Notes: generated from the letters alone by a model not told the origin. Positions 32,404 through 46,780 are shown, counted from the first letter of the stretch. The stretch is DNA of 64,000 bases from Opitutia bacterium (GCA_947478395.1 CANJVR010000003.1:128001-192000), one strand, 5' to 3'. Made by a program: numbers and translations.

Positions 32404-32585
32404 AGGACGGCGATGATGAAAGCGCGCTCGGTGTGTAACCAAGCAGTAAACGACCGCAAAATTTCAAAGGGCGACCGTGCCGCCCGAAATCCTCCCTCCG
32501 CGTCACGGGACTAACTGCGAATCTGCGGCCTCCGCGCTATTTCGGTTTCCTGCGGTAGGGCTCCGCCTGAAATGTCGTTGCCCTT

Positions 32586-32620
32586 AAAAACAAAAACCCC
32601 GGGGCGCGAAGCCCCGGGGT
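32586..32620 (-). terminator. Intrinsic terminator of rpsT
   Basis: Minus-strand ACCCCGGGGC-TTCGC-GCCCCGGGGT hairpin followed by TTTTGTTTTT. Confidence 0.85.
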
Positions 32621-32646
32621 GATAAAGAAAAAATTAATCCCGAACC

Positions 32647-32907
32647 TTACTTGGCGAGCACGTATTTCGACACATGCGCCTTGGCGCGACTGGCGGCGTT
32701 GCGATGGACGACGCCGGACTTGGTGGCCTTGTCCATGGCCGAGGCGTAAGCGACCCCGAGGGTCTTGGCGGCGGCGGCATCCTTGGCGACAACGGCGGCC
32801 TCAAATTTTTTGTGCAACGTCTTGAGGGCGGTCTTGACGCCTTTATTACGGGTGGTGAGGCGCACCGCTTTGCGGGCGGCTTTGATAGCAGATTTCGTGT
32901 TGGCCAT
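32647..32907 (-). CDS. rpsT: 30S ribosomal protein S20
   Basis: MANTKSAIKAARK...DKATKSGVVHRNAASRAK. Confidence 0.96.
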   Translation of the reverse strand: MANTKSAIKAARKAVRLTTRNKGVKTALKTLHKKFEAAVVAKDAAAAKTLGVAYASAMDKATKSGVVHRNAASRAKAHVSKYVLAK

Positions 32908-33153
32908 GGCGGATGTGAGATTGGGAGTCGGTCAAAGACTCAAACGACGCCGGTCGAGTCAAGGGTTTTGTCAGTGAGGTCGTGGCGAATCAGTGCCCGA
33001 CTCGACGCCCCCGTCGGCCGGTCGATAGGCTCGAGTAGCATGGAAATGGAACAAAGATTCTGGCCCCGAGGTCCCGTTGCTCCTCTTGTAACGCTGGCGC
33101 TCGGCTCTCAGATTCTCCGCTGAACCACCCGAAGCATTGCTTGTCTTTTCCTA

Positions 33154-35310
33154 ATGATTTTTGCCCGCCTCTTCGTTCGCACGCGCTGGCTCAACTCCGC
33201 CAGTGGCGCGCTCGTCGTACTTTTGCAACGGACTCCGGTCGTGCGCGCCCTATTGACGACCGAGGCCGCACTTACGGCGCCGGCTACGAGCCTGCTGCGT
33301 TCCGCGCTCCCGGCCGCCGCCACGTTGGGCGCGGTGCACACCTTGGTTGGGGCAACGACTCAACTTGTCGCGAGCGTTGGCCAGCCAGCCAAGGCTACGG
33401 TTGGCTCTTCGTTCGCGGAAGCGGTGACCATAACGGGGGCGGGAGTAAGTTACGCCCAATCGTGGAAACTCAGCAACACGTTGCCGCCCGGCATCGTGGC
33501 GCAGGGCGCTGTGCTGCAAAACGGGCAACTGACGGTCAATCCATCCACCGGCACGCTAGTCTTCATCGGCACGCCGACCACCGCAGGGACCTACTCTATT
33601 AGTATTTCCGGCTACCAATACACCGGCTTCACCGGCCCCGCCACGAACGCGACAGCGACCATCGTCGTCGCAGACGCGCCCAATTCCGCACCTCTGATTT
33701 CGCGCCAGCCGGCGAACGTGATCACGATCGTTGGCAGCAGCGCGGTATTTTCGGTGGCGTTCACCGGCGCGCCCACCCCGACCATTCAATGGTCGAAAAA
33801 TGGCGCGGACATTGGAGGTGCGACCGCTACAACCCTCGCCCTCAATAACGTCTCAGCCAGCGACGCCGGCAACTATTCGGTCAAACTCACCAACGCGCTC
33901 GGCTCCGCCACCAGCCTCGTCGCCACGCTCACCGTCAACGCTGCGCCCGCTGCACCTGCATTCACGCTTCTGCCGGTCACCCAAATCGCAACCGCCGGGA
34001 ATGACGTAACCCTCGCTGTGACGGTCACGGGGGTCCCGACGCCCACGCTGCAGTGGCTGAGAAACGGTTCGAACATAGCCGGAGCCACCGGCACCACACT
34101 CACGCTGACGAACGTGCAATCAGCCGACGCCGGCACCTACTCCGTCACCGCGACCAACTCGGCCGGTATTGTCACCAGCTCCGCAGCTGGACTCACCGTC
34201 AACCCAGCGGCGGCCGCGCCCGTGTTTTCATCGCCGCCACTTTCACAGACCGTCGCGACGGGCGCCACCGTGGTCTTCCTTGCACCCGCGATCGGTACAC
34301 CCACCCCAAGCTACCAATGGCTCCTCAACGGTAACACGATTCCAGGCGAGACCAGTGCGACGTTGATGGTCTCCAGAGTCACGGCCGCGAATGCTGGTAG
34401 TTACACCGCCGTCGCCCAAAACTCCCTCGGGCAAGCGACCAGTTCGGCCGCAGCGCTCGTCGTCGCGGCGACGAACGATCCCGGCCGGCTCACCAATCTT
34501 TCCGTCATCACCGATCTCTCTGCGACGGCGCCGAGCTTCACCGTCGGGACCGTGCTCGGTGGCGCTGGCACCAGCGGGATCAAGCCACTCGTGGTGCGCG
34601 CGGCCGGCCCAGCGTTGGTCGCATTCGGGGTACCCGGTACGCTGGCCGATCCCGTGCTGAATCTGCTCGCCGGCCAGACGGTCGTCGCCTCGAACGATAA
34701 TTGGGGCGGCGCGCCCGTGCTTGCGGCCGCGATGGCTGGAGTAGGTGCCTTCCCGTACACTTCGGCCGACTCGAAAGACGCCGCGATCTACGCTCCAACC
34801 CTGCCGGCGCGCGACTATACGGTAGCCGTCAGCAGTGCCGTTCCCGCCGGGAGCGGCACCGTGATCGCCGAAATTTACGATGCGACGCCCGCCGGCACCT
34901 ACACCACCACGACTCCGCGACTGATCAACGTATCCGTGCTCAAACAAATCGCTCCGAGCGGCAGTCTCACGCTCGGTTTCACCATCGGCGGCTCGACGGC
35001 GAAGACCGTGCTCATCCGAGCGATCGGGCCGGGGTTAGCATCGGTGGGGGTTGCGAGCGGCACGCTCGCCGATCCGCGGCTAACCCTTTACGACAGCACC
35101 TCCACCGCGATCGCGACCAACCATGGTTGGGGCGGCAATCCCTCCTTGGCTCAGGCCATGTCGCGGGTCGGCGCCTTTGCCGTTACCAACGCGAGCAGCA
35201 ACGATTCGATGCTTCTGCTCACGCTACCGCCGGGCGGCTATACAGCGACAGCGAGCGACGGCGCCGGTGGCGGCGGTCTAGCCATCGTCGAAGTCTACGA
35301 AGTGCCATAG
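33154..35310 (+). CDS. Extracellular immunoglobulin-repeat protein with two tandem C-terminal domains
   Basis: Three Ig repeats (PTPTxQW..NG..I.GAT...L.L.NV...DAG.Y), then RLTNLS... and RLINVS... repeats; ends in VEVYEVP. Confidence 0.85.
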   Translation: MIFARLFVRTRWLNSASGALVVLLQRTPVVRALLTTEAALTAPATSLLRSALPAAATLGAVHTLVGATTQLVASVGQPAKATVGSSFAEAVTITGAGVSYAQSWKLSNTLPPGIVAQGAVLQNGQLTVNPSTGTLVFIGTPTTAGTYSISISGYQYTGFTGPATNATATIVVADAPNSAPLISRQPANVITIVGSSAVFSVAFTGAPTPTIQWSKNGADIGGATATTLALNNVSASDAGNYSVKLTNALGSATSLVATLTVNAAPAAPAFTLLPVTQIATAGNDVTLAVTVTGVPTPTLQWLRNGSNIAGATGTTLTLTNVQSADAGTYSVTATNSAGIVTSSAAGLTVNPAAAAPVFSSPPLSQTVATGATVVFLAPAIGTPTPSYQWLLNGNTIPGETSATLMVSRVTAANAGSYTAVAQNSLGQATSSAAALVVAATNDPGRLTNLSVITDLSATAPSFTVGTVLGGAGTSGIKPLVVRAAGPALVAFGVPGTLADPVLNLLAGQTVVASNDNWGGAPVLAAAMAGVGAFPYTSADSKDAAIYAPTLPARDYTVAVSSAVPAGSGTVIAEIYDATPAGTYTTTTPRLINVSVLKQIAPSGSLTLGFTIGGSTAKTVLIRAIGPGLASVGVASGTLADPRLTLYDSTSTAIATNHGWGGNPSLAQAMSRVGAFAVTNASSNDSMLLLTLPPGGYTATASDGAGGGGLAIVEVYEVP

Positions 35311-35336
35311 CCGCGAGAAGAGCAGCCGCTCACGAA

Positions 35337-35439
35337 GTAGCGGCAGGCGTCTCTGCCTGCCGGGTTCGGTGTCCTCATTTCGGCAGGCAGGGACGCCTGC
35401 CGCTACGTCGTTGCCGGCTACGCATTGGGTTAAACCGCT
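35337..35439. mobile_element. Composite MITE/REP element, copy 2 (left arm eroded)
   Basis: REP doublet at 35337-35406; right terminus TTAAACCGCT at 35430-35439. Confidence 0.75.
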
Positions 35440-35482
35440 TCAGGCACACGCAGCTCCGCGGCAGCGGCGCTCGGAAACTCGC

Positions 35483-37069
35483 TTACTTCGTCGGCGTGGG
35501 GGCGAAGGCGCCGTTGCCTTCGTCGAAATAGTGCACGCCGTTCACTTCCACGGTTTGCAGGTATTGCGTCCACACGCCGGTCGGCAATTCACGGCGAGCC
35601 GTGAGGCGCTGCAGATTGACGGAGCGCAAGGGCGGTGCGTCTGACGCGGCGAGCGCTTCGCTCAACACGCGGCCGTCGCGGCGGACGGCTTCTTCGCGAT
35701 GACCGAGAATCCACATAATCGTCGGCGCCAGATCGGTGTTGGCGCTGGCTAGCGGATCGCGCACGCCCACGCGAAAATCAGGGCCGGCGGCGACGAGCGT
35801 GTTGGCCATGTCGGTCGGCGAAAGCGACGTGTGGTTGCCCTGACCCGGACCGCGCTCGAGACTTTCCGAAAAGATTAAACCCGGCGTGCCATTGGCGCTG
35901 CGCCCGCCCGTCCACCGCATGGCGATTACGAGATCGGGCGCCTCTGGGGAATCGAGATGAACGGTGGCCAAGGGAAACGTGCCTTCGATTTTCTCGCGGG
36001 AAAATACCACGCCAGCCCAAGGCTGCGCCTGTGCCCAAGCCGCGATTTTTTGTACGAGCGCCGCCCCATGATTGGCCACGTACAGGAAAACCGTGCCGCT
36101 GTTACTCACGACCAACACTTTGCCGGGCTGCATGCCGCCGAGGAGAACACGAGCGGCATCGATCCCGAGCTTCGAGAGTTCCACCGCCACGTCCGCATTG
36201 CCGGAAATGGTCGAGAACCCGTGGTCGGAAACCACCATCACATCGGTGCTCGCGCGAAGGCCGCGGCGGTCAAGATCAGCGAGGACTTCGCCGAGATGCC
36301 GGTCGCTGCTCGCGATCCCGGCCAGAGCCGGCGGCGAGCCTGGACCGCTAGCATGTTGCGAGTAATCAGGCTCCGACAACCAGAGCAGCGAATAAGGAGG
36401 CACGCCGTCTTTCCAGAGTACTTCGAGCAAGGCCCGCGTGGTCCAGACATCGCGCGCGAGCTTGTCCGATCCTTTTTTAGTAACGGGATCGACAGGGATT
36501 TCGGGTAGCGGCCCGAGCGTCGCAACGATCTGTTTCTCCACGCTCGCGGGCAAAGCGGCGCCTTCAAACAATACCGGGGAAACACTGGGACCTTCGGCGC
36601 GCGGCCGGCGATCGTGCAGGAGCGCCACCTGTTTTGCGCCTGCAATCACGGTGCGCTGGCCGTGGGCTTGCAGATATTCAGCGATGGTTTCGAGTGCGAG
36701 ATAATGGCCGCCGCTCAGAGCGTCACCGCGAGCGATGACGGCCGGGTCTTCCGCCGCCACGGATTTTTTCGGATCGATACCCGCGCGAAACTCCTTGTTG
36801 CCGACGATCGTGCTGTGGCCGGGATAAGCGCCGGTCGCCATGGCCGTGCCGTTGACCTCCGTGGAGGAAGGATAGACCGGATGATGGTTCGCAAAAAACA
36901 CGCCGGATTGCGCGAGCGCCCAGAGATTGGGCGTTGTTTCCGGGGTGATGAAATCGCGACGCATGCCATCCCATACCAGCACCACGACATGGCGCGGCGG
37001 CTCGGCCGCCAGCGCGCAGCCGGCGAATAAAAGGGCAAGGATCACGGCAGACGGGAGGCGGAGTTTCAT
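35483..37069 (-). CDS. Secreted alkaline-phosphatase-superfamily nucleotide pyrophosphatase/phosphodiesterase
   Basis: Signal peptide; VLVWDGMR, YPSSTEVN (Thr nucleophile), EPDYSQH, VSDHGF, GNH. Confidence 0.88.
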   Translation of the reverse strand: MKLRLPSAVILALLFAGCALAAEPPRHVVVLVWDGMRRDFITPETTPNLWALAQSGVFFANHHPVYPSSTEVNGTAMATGAYPGHSTIVGNKEFRAGIDPKKSVAAEDPAVIARGDALSGGHYLALETIAEYLQAHGQRTVIAGAKQVALLHDRRPRAEGPSVSPVLFEGAALPASVEKQIVATLGPLPEIPVDPVTKKGSDKLARDVWTTRALLEVLWKDGVPPYSLLWLSEPDYSQHASGPGSPPALAGIASSDRHLGEVLADLDRRGLRASTDVMVVSDHGFSTISGNADVAVELSKLGIDAARVLLGGMQPGKVLVVSNSGTVFLYVANHGAALVQKIAAWAQAQPWAGVVFSREKIEGTFPLATVHLDSPEAPDLVIAMRWTGGRSANGTPGLIFSESLERGPGQGNHTSLSPTDMANTLVAAGPDFRVGVRDPLASANTDLAPTIMWILGHREEAVRRDGRVLSEALAASDAPPLRSVNLQRLTARRELPTGVWTQYLQTVEVNGVHYFDEGNGAFAPTPTK

Positions 37070-37166
37070 CGGGAAAATACGGGAAGAAAATGGAATGTTC
37101 TCCGAGAATGAACTACGGAGAGTAGCGTTAAACTTGGCTGACGAGGACCGAACCAGCGTCCACGAG

Positions 37167-37208
37167 CCAGTTCGCTCACGAGCACGCATGCGCTCGCGAG
37201 CGAACTGG
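37167..37208 (-). other. Long intergenic stem-loop between the TonB receptor and the phosphatase
   Basis: Minus strand CCAGTTCGCTCGCGAGC...GCTCGTGAGCGAACTGG, ~17-bp stem, no U-tract. Confidence 0.55.
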
Positions 37209-37239
37209 ACGGCGAAGGGTCACAACCCGGACGTTTCGA

Positions 37240-39546
37240 CTAAAACTGACCGGAGACCGTGAGGAAGAAGCCGATCGGTGTGAGCGGATTGTACGTGCTC
37301 GTGAGCGGATTAAGCGCGCCGGCGGTGGCCTTGGCCGACTTCAACAGGATGACTTTGCGATCGAACAGATTGTTCACCTGCAGGCGGATTTTGTAGCTCT
37401 TCATGAAACGGCTTTCCAACTTGGCGCCGTAGCCGAGCGAGAGATCCGTGAAGGTGTAGCCGCCCTGCACAATCGAGAGCGCACCGACCGGGAGCGGCTG
37501 GTCGGGATTCGGGGCGCCTTGGTACGTGGTGTAGGGACCGGAGTATTTCGTCATCACCGAGGCGAAGAAGCCCGCGTGATCGTAGACGAAGCCAAAGCCT
37601 CCGGTGCTCTGCGGAGCGCTGTCGATGCGGCGCTTGGATTTTTCGTACGTCGCGTAGTTGCGCGACCCGTTGACGAACACACTTAGGCCGCCGCCGACAT
37701 AAAACGTCCCTTGGGCCTCGACGCCGTAGTAATAAGCGCCTGAAGCGGTGAAGAACACCAGGTCGTTGGGATTGATGATCCCGGTCTGGTTCGGATTGAT
37801 CTGCGACACCGGCAGGTCGTGCGAGTGGATGAAGTAGCCGTCGATGTCGGCATTGAAGCGGTTGGTTTTGAAAACGCTGCCGATCTGATAATTCGTGGTC
37901 GTCTGCGGTTTAACGACGTTGGCTTCCGGATGATCGACCTGGAAAAACGCGAGCGGAGGCGTGAGGAAGCCGGTCGCATATTGCGCATAGGCTGACCACG
38001 AGGGCGCGAGGCGGTAGTTGGCCGTCACGAGCGGCATCGCCTTCGAATAGGTCTTCGTGAAGTAGGCCGGAAGGAGATCGGCGCTCTGATTGATGGGCGC
38101 GGCGATCTGCCGTTTCACCGACATATACTTCAAACCGGGCGTCAGCGTCAGGGCCGGGAGCGGGCGCCACGCGTACTCGACGTAAGGCTCCCACGTCTCG
38201 GTGTAATAGTGCATGTTGTAGACGTAGCCACCGAGAGTTTTGGGCGCCAACGGATCGAGAAAGCCGGAGGGCGTCGCGACCATCCCGAGCGCCTGCGCGT
38301 TCGCGATGTTGTAATCGAGCGCGATCTGGTAACGCGGGCCGTGCTGGTAGTCGTACCAGACGCCGGTCTTGAACGTGCCCATCGCGTCGTCGTGCGTGAG
38401 GGCGAACGTGTTGCCCACCGCGCGCACCGAATTGACCTTGAACCGGCCCGCGAGATCGGTGCCGGTGACGACCTTGCCCGTGGTCGGATTGATCGTCGAA
38501 CCGCCGTTGTTGGCCGGAGATTCGTGACTGCTGTTATTGTAGGAGAAGGTGTAGACCTTGTCGTCGAATTTCCAGCCGTCGCCAAATTCGCCGTCGTAGG
38601 CGATGAAGCCGGTGTCGGTCTGTTTCACCTGATAATTATTTCCGTAGTAGTCGCCGTTGCGATCGAGGGGATTGTCGGTCTGGCCGAAGTTGCGGCCGAA
38701 CTGCAGGATTTGCTGGCCGGTCAGCGGCGAGGCGTTCGGGTTGTTGAACTTGATGTTATTGTACTCACCCATGAACGTGAGGTTGGAGTGTGCCGTCACG
38801 GGCTGGATGTATTTAAAAAAGTACGTGTTGCGGCGCAGGGTGCCAAACGTGCGATAGCCGTCCGTGGTCATGTATTGGTAACTGCCGATCAGGGAGCCGC
38901 CGTTGGTTTTCGGCAGCAGGCCGGTGTTAACCTCAAAATGAGCGAGCTCCGTTTTCCAACTGCCGTAGCTCAAGGTCGGCACGAACGATGCGCCGGGCGT
39001 CGGGTCTTTCGTTTCCAAGGCCATCGTGCCGCCGAAAGTCGCCATACCGATCGTGCTCGCCGTGCCGGGACCGCGATCGACCGTCACCCGGCCGAGGAGT
39101 TTCGCCGGAAAATAGCTCGTCGTGTGGTGGGTGTAATCGTTGCCGTCGCCGAACGGGATGCCGTCGATCGTGACGTTGTAATTGCCGTCGTTGAAGCCGC
39201 GGATCGTGGGCTTCGACTCATTCAAACCGGGGCCGTTCGTGGAAAAATTCGTCACGCTCGGCGAGAGATTGGCGATCATCGCGTAATCAGCCGTGGGCGC
39301 GATGCTGTTCTGGATCGTCTGGATGTTGATGATCGACTGCGGCTGGACGGCCTCGAGTCGGCTTTCGGTGGGGGCCATGGTTTGGGCCGAGGTGCGCGAT
39401 TCGGACACCTCGAAATCCTGCAACCGCACCGCCGTGGTGCTGGAGCTGGAATTGCCGGCGTCGGCGGCACGGCTGAGCGCGCAACCAACGGTGGCGAGCA
39501 TCAGAAGACTGAAGAAGAAACGGTTTCGGTACGGGTGGTAGTTCAC
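37240..39546 (-). CDS. TonB-dependent receptor
   Basis: Signal peptide; TonB-box-like LQDFEVS; plug (IRGF...IDGIPF, VTVDRGPG); NNLFD; terminal Phe. Confidence 0.9.
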   Translation of the reverse strand: MNYHPYRNRFFFSLLMLATVGCALSRAADAGNSSSSTTAVRLQDFEVSESRTSAQTMAPTESRLEAVQPQSIINIQTIQNSIAPTADYAMIANLSPSVTNFSTNGPGLNESKPTIRGFNDGNYNVTIDGIPFGDGNDYTHHTTSYFPAKLLGRVTVDRGPGTASTIGMATFGGTMALETKDPTPGASFVPTLSYGSWKTELAHFEVNTGLLPKTNGGSLIGSYQYMTTDGYRTFGTLRRNTYFFKYIQPVTAHSNLTFMGEYNNIKFNNPNASPLTGQQILQFGRNFGQTDNPLDRNGDYYGNNYQVKQTDTGFIAYDGEFGDGWKFDDKVYTFSYNNSSHESPANNGGSTINPTTGKVVTGTDLAGRFKVNSVRAVGNTFALTHDDAMGTFKTGVWYDYQHGPRYQIALDYNIANAQALGMVATPSGFLDPLAPKTLGGYVYNMHYYTETWEPYVEYAWRPLPALTLTPGLKYMSVKRQIAAPINQSADLLPAYFTKTYSKAMPLVTANYRLAPSWSAYAQYATGFLTPPLAFFQVDHPEANVVKPQTTTNYQIGSVFKTNRFNADIDGYFIHSHDLPVSQINPNQTGIINPNDLVFFTASGAYYYGVEAQGTFYVGGGLSVFVNGSRNYATYEKSKRRIDSAPQSTGGFGFVYDHAGFFASVMTKYSGPYTTYQGAPNPDQPLPVGALSIVQGGYTFTDLSLGYGAKLESRFMKSYKIRLQVNNLFDRKVILLKSAKATAGALNPLTSTYNPLTPIGFFLTVSGQF

Positions 39547-39569
39547 GCGTTACAGCCTGAAGGCGTCAC

Positions 39570-39630
39570 GTGACACCCCCGCGACGGTTGAGTCACGAAC
39601 GCGTGAAACTGGGATTACCCCGCTGTAATC
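39570..39630 (-). promoter_or_regulatory. Putative Pho-box-like 11-bp periodic direct repeats
   Basis: Minus-strand hexamers GATTAC, GGTAAT, TTTCAC, CGTGAC, CGTCGC, TGTCAC at exact 11-bp spacing upstream of the receptor-phosphatase pair. Confidence 0.45.
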
Positions 39631-39645
39631 CGGGCCAAAAAATTC

Positions 39646-40115
39646 TTAGCTTTGGAGCCGGTAAGCCGGATTCTGTGCCGCGCCTTGCGACGCTTCGGCA
39701 GTCATTTCTCTCGAGTGCGACTTGCGCCGCACTCGCCCTCCGTCACTCCGAGGAGCTAAAGAGGGTGCGGCATACCCGCGGCTATCGGACGGGCCGCCCA
39801 GCCGCCTATTTTGCCTTGCACCGGAAGGGGTTTGTCGTGCCGCCGCTGTCGCCAGCGACGCGGTGGGCTCTTACCCCACCTTTTCACTATGACCCTGCTT
39901 AGCTCGCGCGAGCGGACTAAGCAGGGCTACTTATTTTCTGTGACACTGTCCGTCACCGCGCTTTGAAACGCGGTGCCTGCGCGCGGCGTGAGCCTGGCGC
40001 AGCATCCTGCCCTATGGTGTCCGGACTTTCCTCTCCGAATTTCAAAAACGGGCGCGGCGATTAACCGCGCCTTGGGATCAAAGAACTCGGAGCGACTGCC
40101 AGGCCCCAAAGCTAA
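39646..40115 (-). ncRNA. rnpB: RNase P RNA (type A)
   Basis: GGCAGTCGC...GAGGAAAGTCCGGAC...GTGTCACAGAAAA...GGTAAGAGC...ACAGAATCCGGCTTA. P1 helix TTAGCTTTGGGGCC/GGCTCCAAAGCTAA. Confidence 0.96.
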
Positions 40116-40361
40116 GGCCGCCGACCGTAGGCTGCGCGTTGGCGAATGCAAGGACGCGCACCGGCGGATATGGCGTGGGCCTTGCCCGTGGCAGCGAACG
40201 ATTTTGATCCGGTGAAGATTTGGCCTCTTGGAGTCGAGCCACCGTTTGGGCGCTGACAACGGATCACGCGACCTCCGAGCGTCAAAGAGGGGTTCAGGCA
40301 CCCCGCCCATATTTCGATCCCTAGCTTGCAAGCCGACGCCGACCAAACGTCGCGCGCACCC

Positions 40362-43779
<3,418 letters not shown>

Positions 43780-43793
43780 TTCACGCTCCTACC

Positions 43794-43997
43794 ATGAAAC
43801 TCAAAGCGATCATTCACAGAGCGGACGAAGGCGGCTTCTGGGCCGAAGTTCCCGCACTCCCCGGCTGCGTCACGCAGGGCGAAACCTTGCTCGAGCTACA
43901 CCCCAACATCAAAGAGGCAGTCGAAGGTTGGCTGTCGGCAGATGATGAACAGCAAGAGGCCAAACCAGATGACCAGATTATTGAAATCGCCGTGTAA
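43794..43997 (+). CDS. hicB: HicB-family antitoxin (short, RNase H-like domain only)
   Basis: EGGFWAEVPALPGCVTQGET...NIKEAVEGWL. Confidence 0.9.
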   Translation: MKLKAIIHRADEGGFWAEVPALPGCVTQGETLLELHPNIKEAVEGWLSADDEQQEAKPDDQIIEIAV

Positions 43998-44050
43998 TTT
44001 AAAAACAGAAATTACGCGACTTCTGAAACCGTTCCTCAACGCGAATAGGG

Positions 44051-44257
44051 ATGAAGCAAGTTTCCGGTAAGGACTTCGTACGTATCCTCCAACACCGTGG
44101 TTAGTGCCTCGTCCGCACAAAAGGCAGCCACCACATTTTCACCAAGCCCGGCCATCGCGAGCGCATCGTCGTTCCCGTCCACGGCAACAACCCACTCAAG
44201 CTCGGCCTCCTCAAGCACCAGATGAAAATCGCCGGTCTCACCGAAGCCGACCTCTGA
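44051..44257 (+). pseudogene. hicA: HicA-family mRNA interferase toxin with an in-frame TAG at codon 18
   Basis: MKQVSGKDFVRILQHRG*CLVRTKGSHHIFTKPGHRERIVVPVHGNNPLKLGLLKHQMKIAGLTEADL. TAG at 44102-44104 falls at the G-W/F position. Confidence 0.88.
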
Positions 44258-44284
44258 TTTTTTCAAAACCCAACTTTCCTTTCC

Positions 44285-46780
44285 GTGTACACCGCCAACG
44301 AAAAACTCTCCTCGGCCAACATCACCGACATCATGCAGACGGCTTACATCGAATACTCGATGTCGGTCATCATCTCGCGCGCGCTGCCCGACGCCCGCGA
44401 CGGGCTCAAACCCGTCCAACGCCGCGTCCTCTACGCTATGCTCCGCGAGGGTCTGCTCCACAACCGCGCCTTCGACAAATGCGCCGGCGTCGTCGGCGAG
44501 GTGCTCAAAAATTACCATCCGCACGGCGACTCCTCCGTCTACGACACCCTCGTCCGCATGGCGCAACCTTGGGTCATGCGGTACCCGCTCATCGATCCGC
44601 AGGGCAACTTCGGCTCCGTCGACGGCGACCCGCCAGCGGCCTACCGCTACACCGAGGCGCGCCTCAACGCGATCGCCGAGGATCTCCTCAAGGACATCGA
44701 GGAAGACACGGTCGACTTCGTCCCCAACTACAAGGAGTCGACCACCGAGCCGACCGTACTCCCCGCCGCCCTGCCGAATCTGTTGATGAACGGCTCGACC
44801 GGCATCGCCGTCGGCATGACGACGAACATCCCGCCGCATAATCTCGACGAGATCATCGACGCCACGTTCGCGATCATCGACAACCCGCGCATCTCCCTCG
44901 ATGAGCTGTGCGAGATCGTCAAAGGCCCCGACTACCCCACCGGCGGCATCATCTCCGGTCGCGACGGCATCCTTAGCTACCTGAAAACCGGCAAGGGCAT
45001 CGTCCGCACGCGCGGCAAAGCCCACACCGAGGAACTCAAGGGCGGCATGGAGCAGATCGTCATCACCGAGATCCCCTACAACGTTAACCGCAACACCCTC
45101 GTTCTGCGCATCGCCGAACTCGTCGGTGAAAAACAAATCGACGGTATCCGCGACCTCCGCGACGAATCCGACGAAAACACCCGCATCGTCATCGAACTGA
45201 AACGCGGCGAGCAGGCGAAGGTCGTCATCAACCAGCTGTTTCAGAAAACCGCCCTCGAATCCTCCTTCGGTGTCACGCTTCTGGCCCTCGACAAGAAGCG
45301 CCCGAAGCAGATGAACATCAAGGAACTCATCGAGTGCTACATCGAGCACCGCCGTGATGTCGTGACGCGCCGCACGCAGTTCCGCCTCAAGGAGGCCCTC
45401 GACCGCGCCCACATCCTCGAAGGCTACATCATCGCCCTCGATAACCTCGACGACTTCGTCAAAATCATCCGCGCCTCGCAAAATCGCGAGGAAGCCAAGG
45501 TGAAGTTGATGGCGAAGTATCCGCTCTCGGAGCGCCAGACCGACGCCATCCTCGAACTCCGACTCTACCAGCTCACCGGCCTCGAGCGCGGCAAGATCGA
45601 AGCCGAATACGCCGAGCTGATGAAGCTCATCACCGAGCTTCAGGCCATTCTCGATTCGGAAAGCGTCCTGCTCGCCCTGATCAAAAAAGAGCTCGGCGAG
45701 ATGAAGGCTAAATACACGTCGCCCCGCCGCACCGAGATCGTCGGCGCCGCCGGCGATTTCCGGATGGAAGACGTGATTCCTAACGAAGGCTGCGTCATCA
45801 CCGTCTCCCATCTCGGCTTCATCAAACGCACGCGCGTCGCCGACTACCGTTCGCAGAAACGCGGCGGCAAGGGCGTCATCGGGGCCGAGACGTACGACGA
45901 GGATTTCGTCGAGCACCTCTTCACCGCCAGCACGCACGATTACATTCTCTTCGTCACGAGCACCGGCCAGTGCCACGCGAAGAAAGTCTACGATGTCCCC
46001 GAGGGCACCCGCACCTCGAAGGGGAAATCCGTGTCGTCCTTCATTCGGCTCAGCGACGGCGAGAAAATTGCCGCCATGCTGTGCCATAAGGATTTCGCGC
46101 CCGACCGTTACCTCGTGATGGCCACGAAGAGCGGCGTGATCAAAAAGAGCGCGCTCTCCGACTACACCAACGCCACGCGCGAATCCGGACTCATCGGCAT
46201 AAATCTCGCCGAGGGGGACAGCGTCATCGGCACCGTTCTCACAACCGGCAGCGACGAGATCATCCTCGTTTCCCACCAAGGACTCGCCGTGCGCTTTAGA
46301 GAACGCGATGCGAACACGGGCGAAATTCTCTTCCGCGACACGGGCCGCGCCACCGGCGGCGTCACCGGCATGCGCTTCAAGTTACCGAGCGATTACCTCC
46401 AGGCGATCGAAGTCGTGGATCACAACGCGAAATTCCTCGTCGCGAGCGAAGCCGGTCTCGGCGTGCGCACGCGCTTCGAGGATTACCGCCTCATCAACCG
46501 CGGCGGCAGCGGCGTGTGGGCGATCACGTTGCCCGAAGACGGATCGATCAATCTCGCGGGCGCACTCAGCGTGCGCGAAACCGACGAAATCATGCTGCTC
46601 ACCGCAAAGGGCCAAAGCGTGCGTTGCCCGGTCAACACCATCCGCGAAGTCAACCGCGGCGGCAAAGGCGTGCGCCTCGTCACCCTCGAACCAGGCGACA
46701 AATTGCTCAGCGTCGCTCGGATCGTCGAAAGCGCCGAGGAAATCGAAGCCGCCGCCAACCATCCCGAGCCCACCGTCTAA
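44285..46780 (+). CDS. gyrA: DNA gyrase subunit A
   Basis: [33 protein letters not shown], GyrA-box QKRGGKG; GTG start. Confidence 0.98.
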   Translation: MYTANEKLSSANITDIMQTAYIEYSMSVIISRALPDARDGLKPVQRRVLYAMLREGLLHNRAFDKCAGVVGEVLKNYHPHGDSSVYDTLVRMAQPWVMRYPLIDPQGNFGSVDGDPPAAYRYTEARLNAIAEDLLKDIEEDTVDFVPNYKESTTEPTVLPAALPNLLMNGSTGIAVGMTTNIPPHNLDEIIDATFAIIDNPRISLDELCEIVKGPDYPTGGIISGRDGILSYLKTGKGIVRTRGKAHTEELKGGMEQIVITEIPYNVNRNTLVLRIAELVGEKQIDGIRDLRDESDENTRIVIELKRGEQAKVVINQLFQKTALESSFGVTLLALDKKRPKQMNIKELIECYIEHRRDVVTRRTQFRLKEALDRAHILEGYIIALDNLDDFVKIIRASQNREEAKVKLMAKYPLSERQTDAILELRLYQLTGLERGKIEAEYAELMKLITELQAILDSESVLLALIKKELGEMKAKYTSPRRTEIVGAAGDFRMEDVIPNEGCVITVSHLGFIKRTRVADYRSQKRGGKGVIGAETYDEDFVEHLFTASTHDYILFVTSTGQCHAKKVYDVPEGTRTSKGKSVSSFIRLSDGEKIAAMLCHKDFAPDRYLVMATKSGVIKKSALSDYTNATRESGLIGINLAEGDSVIGTVLTTGSDEIILVSHQGLAVRFRERDANTGEILFRDTGRATGGVTGMRFKLPSDYLQAIEVVDHNAKFLVASEAGLGVRTRFEDYRLINRGGSGVWAITLPEDGSINLAGALSVRETDEIMLLTAKGQSVRCPVNTIREVNRGGKGVRLVTLEPGDKLLSVARIVESAEEIEAAANHPEPTV

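Noticed and set aside
38209..39573. 454-aa plus-strand ORF (likewise 60529-62133 and 20541-21728)
   Set aside because: Antisense shadows of the TonB receptors and sufB.
44102..44104. Genome-wide TAG recoding as an explanation for the hicA amber codon
   Set aside because: TAG ends glnD, sufD, rbsK and others at their expected C-termini, and no suppressor or Pyl machinery is present in the window.
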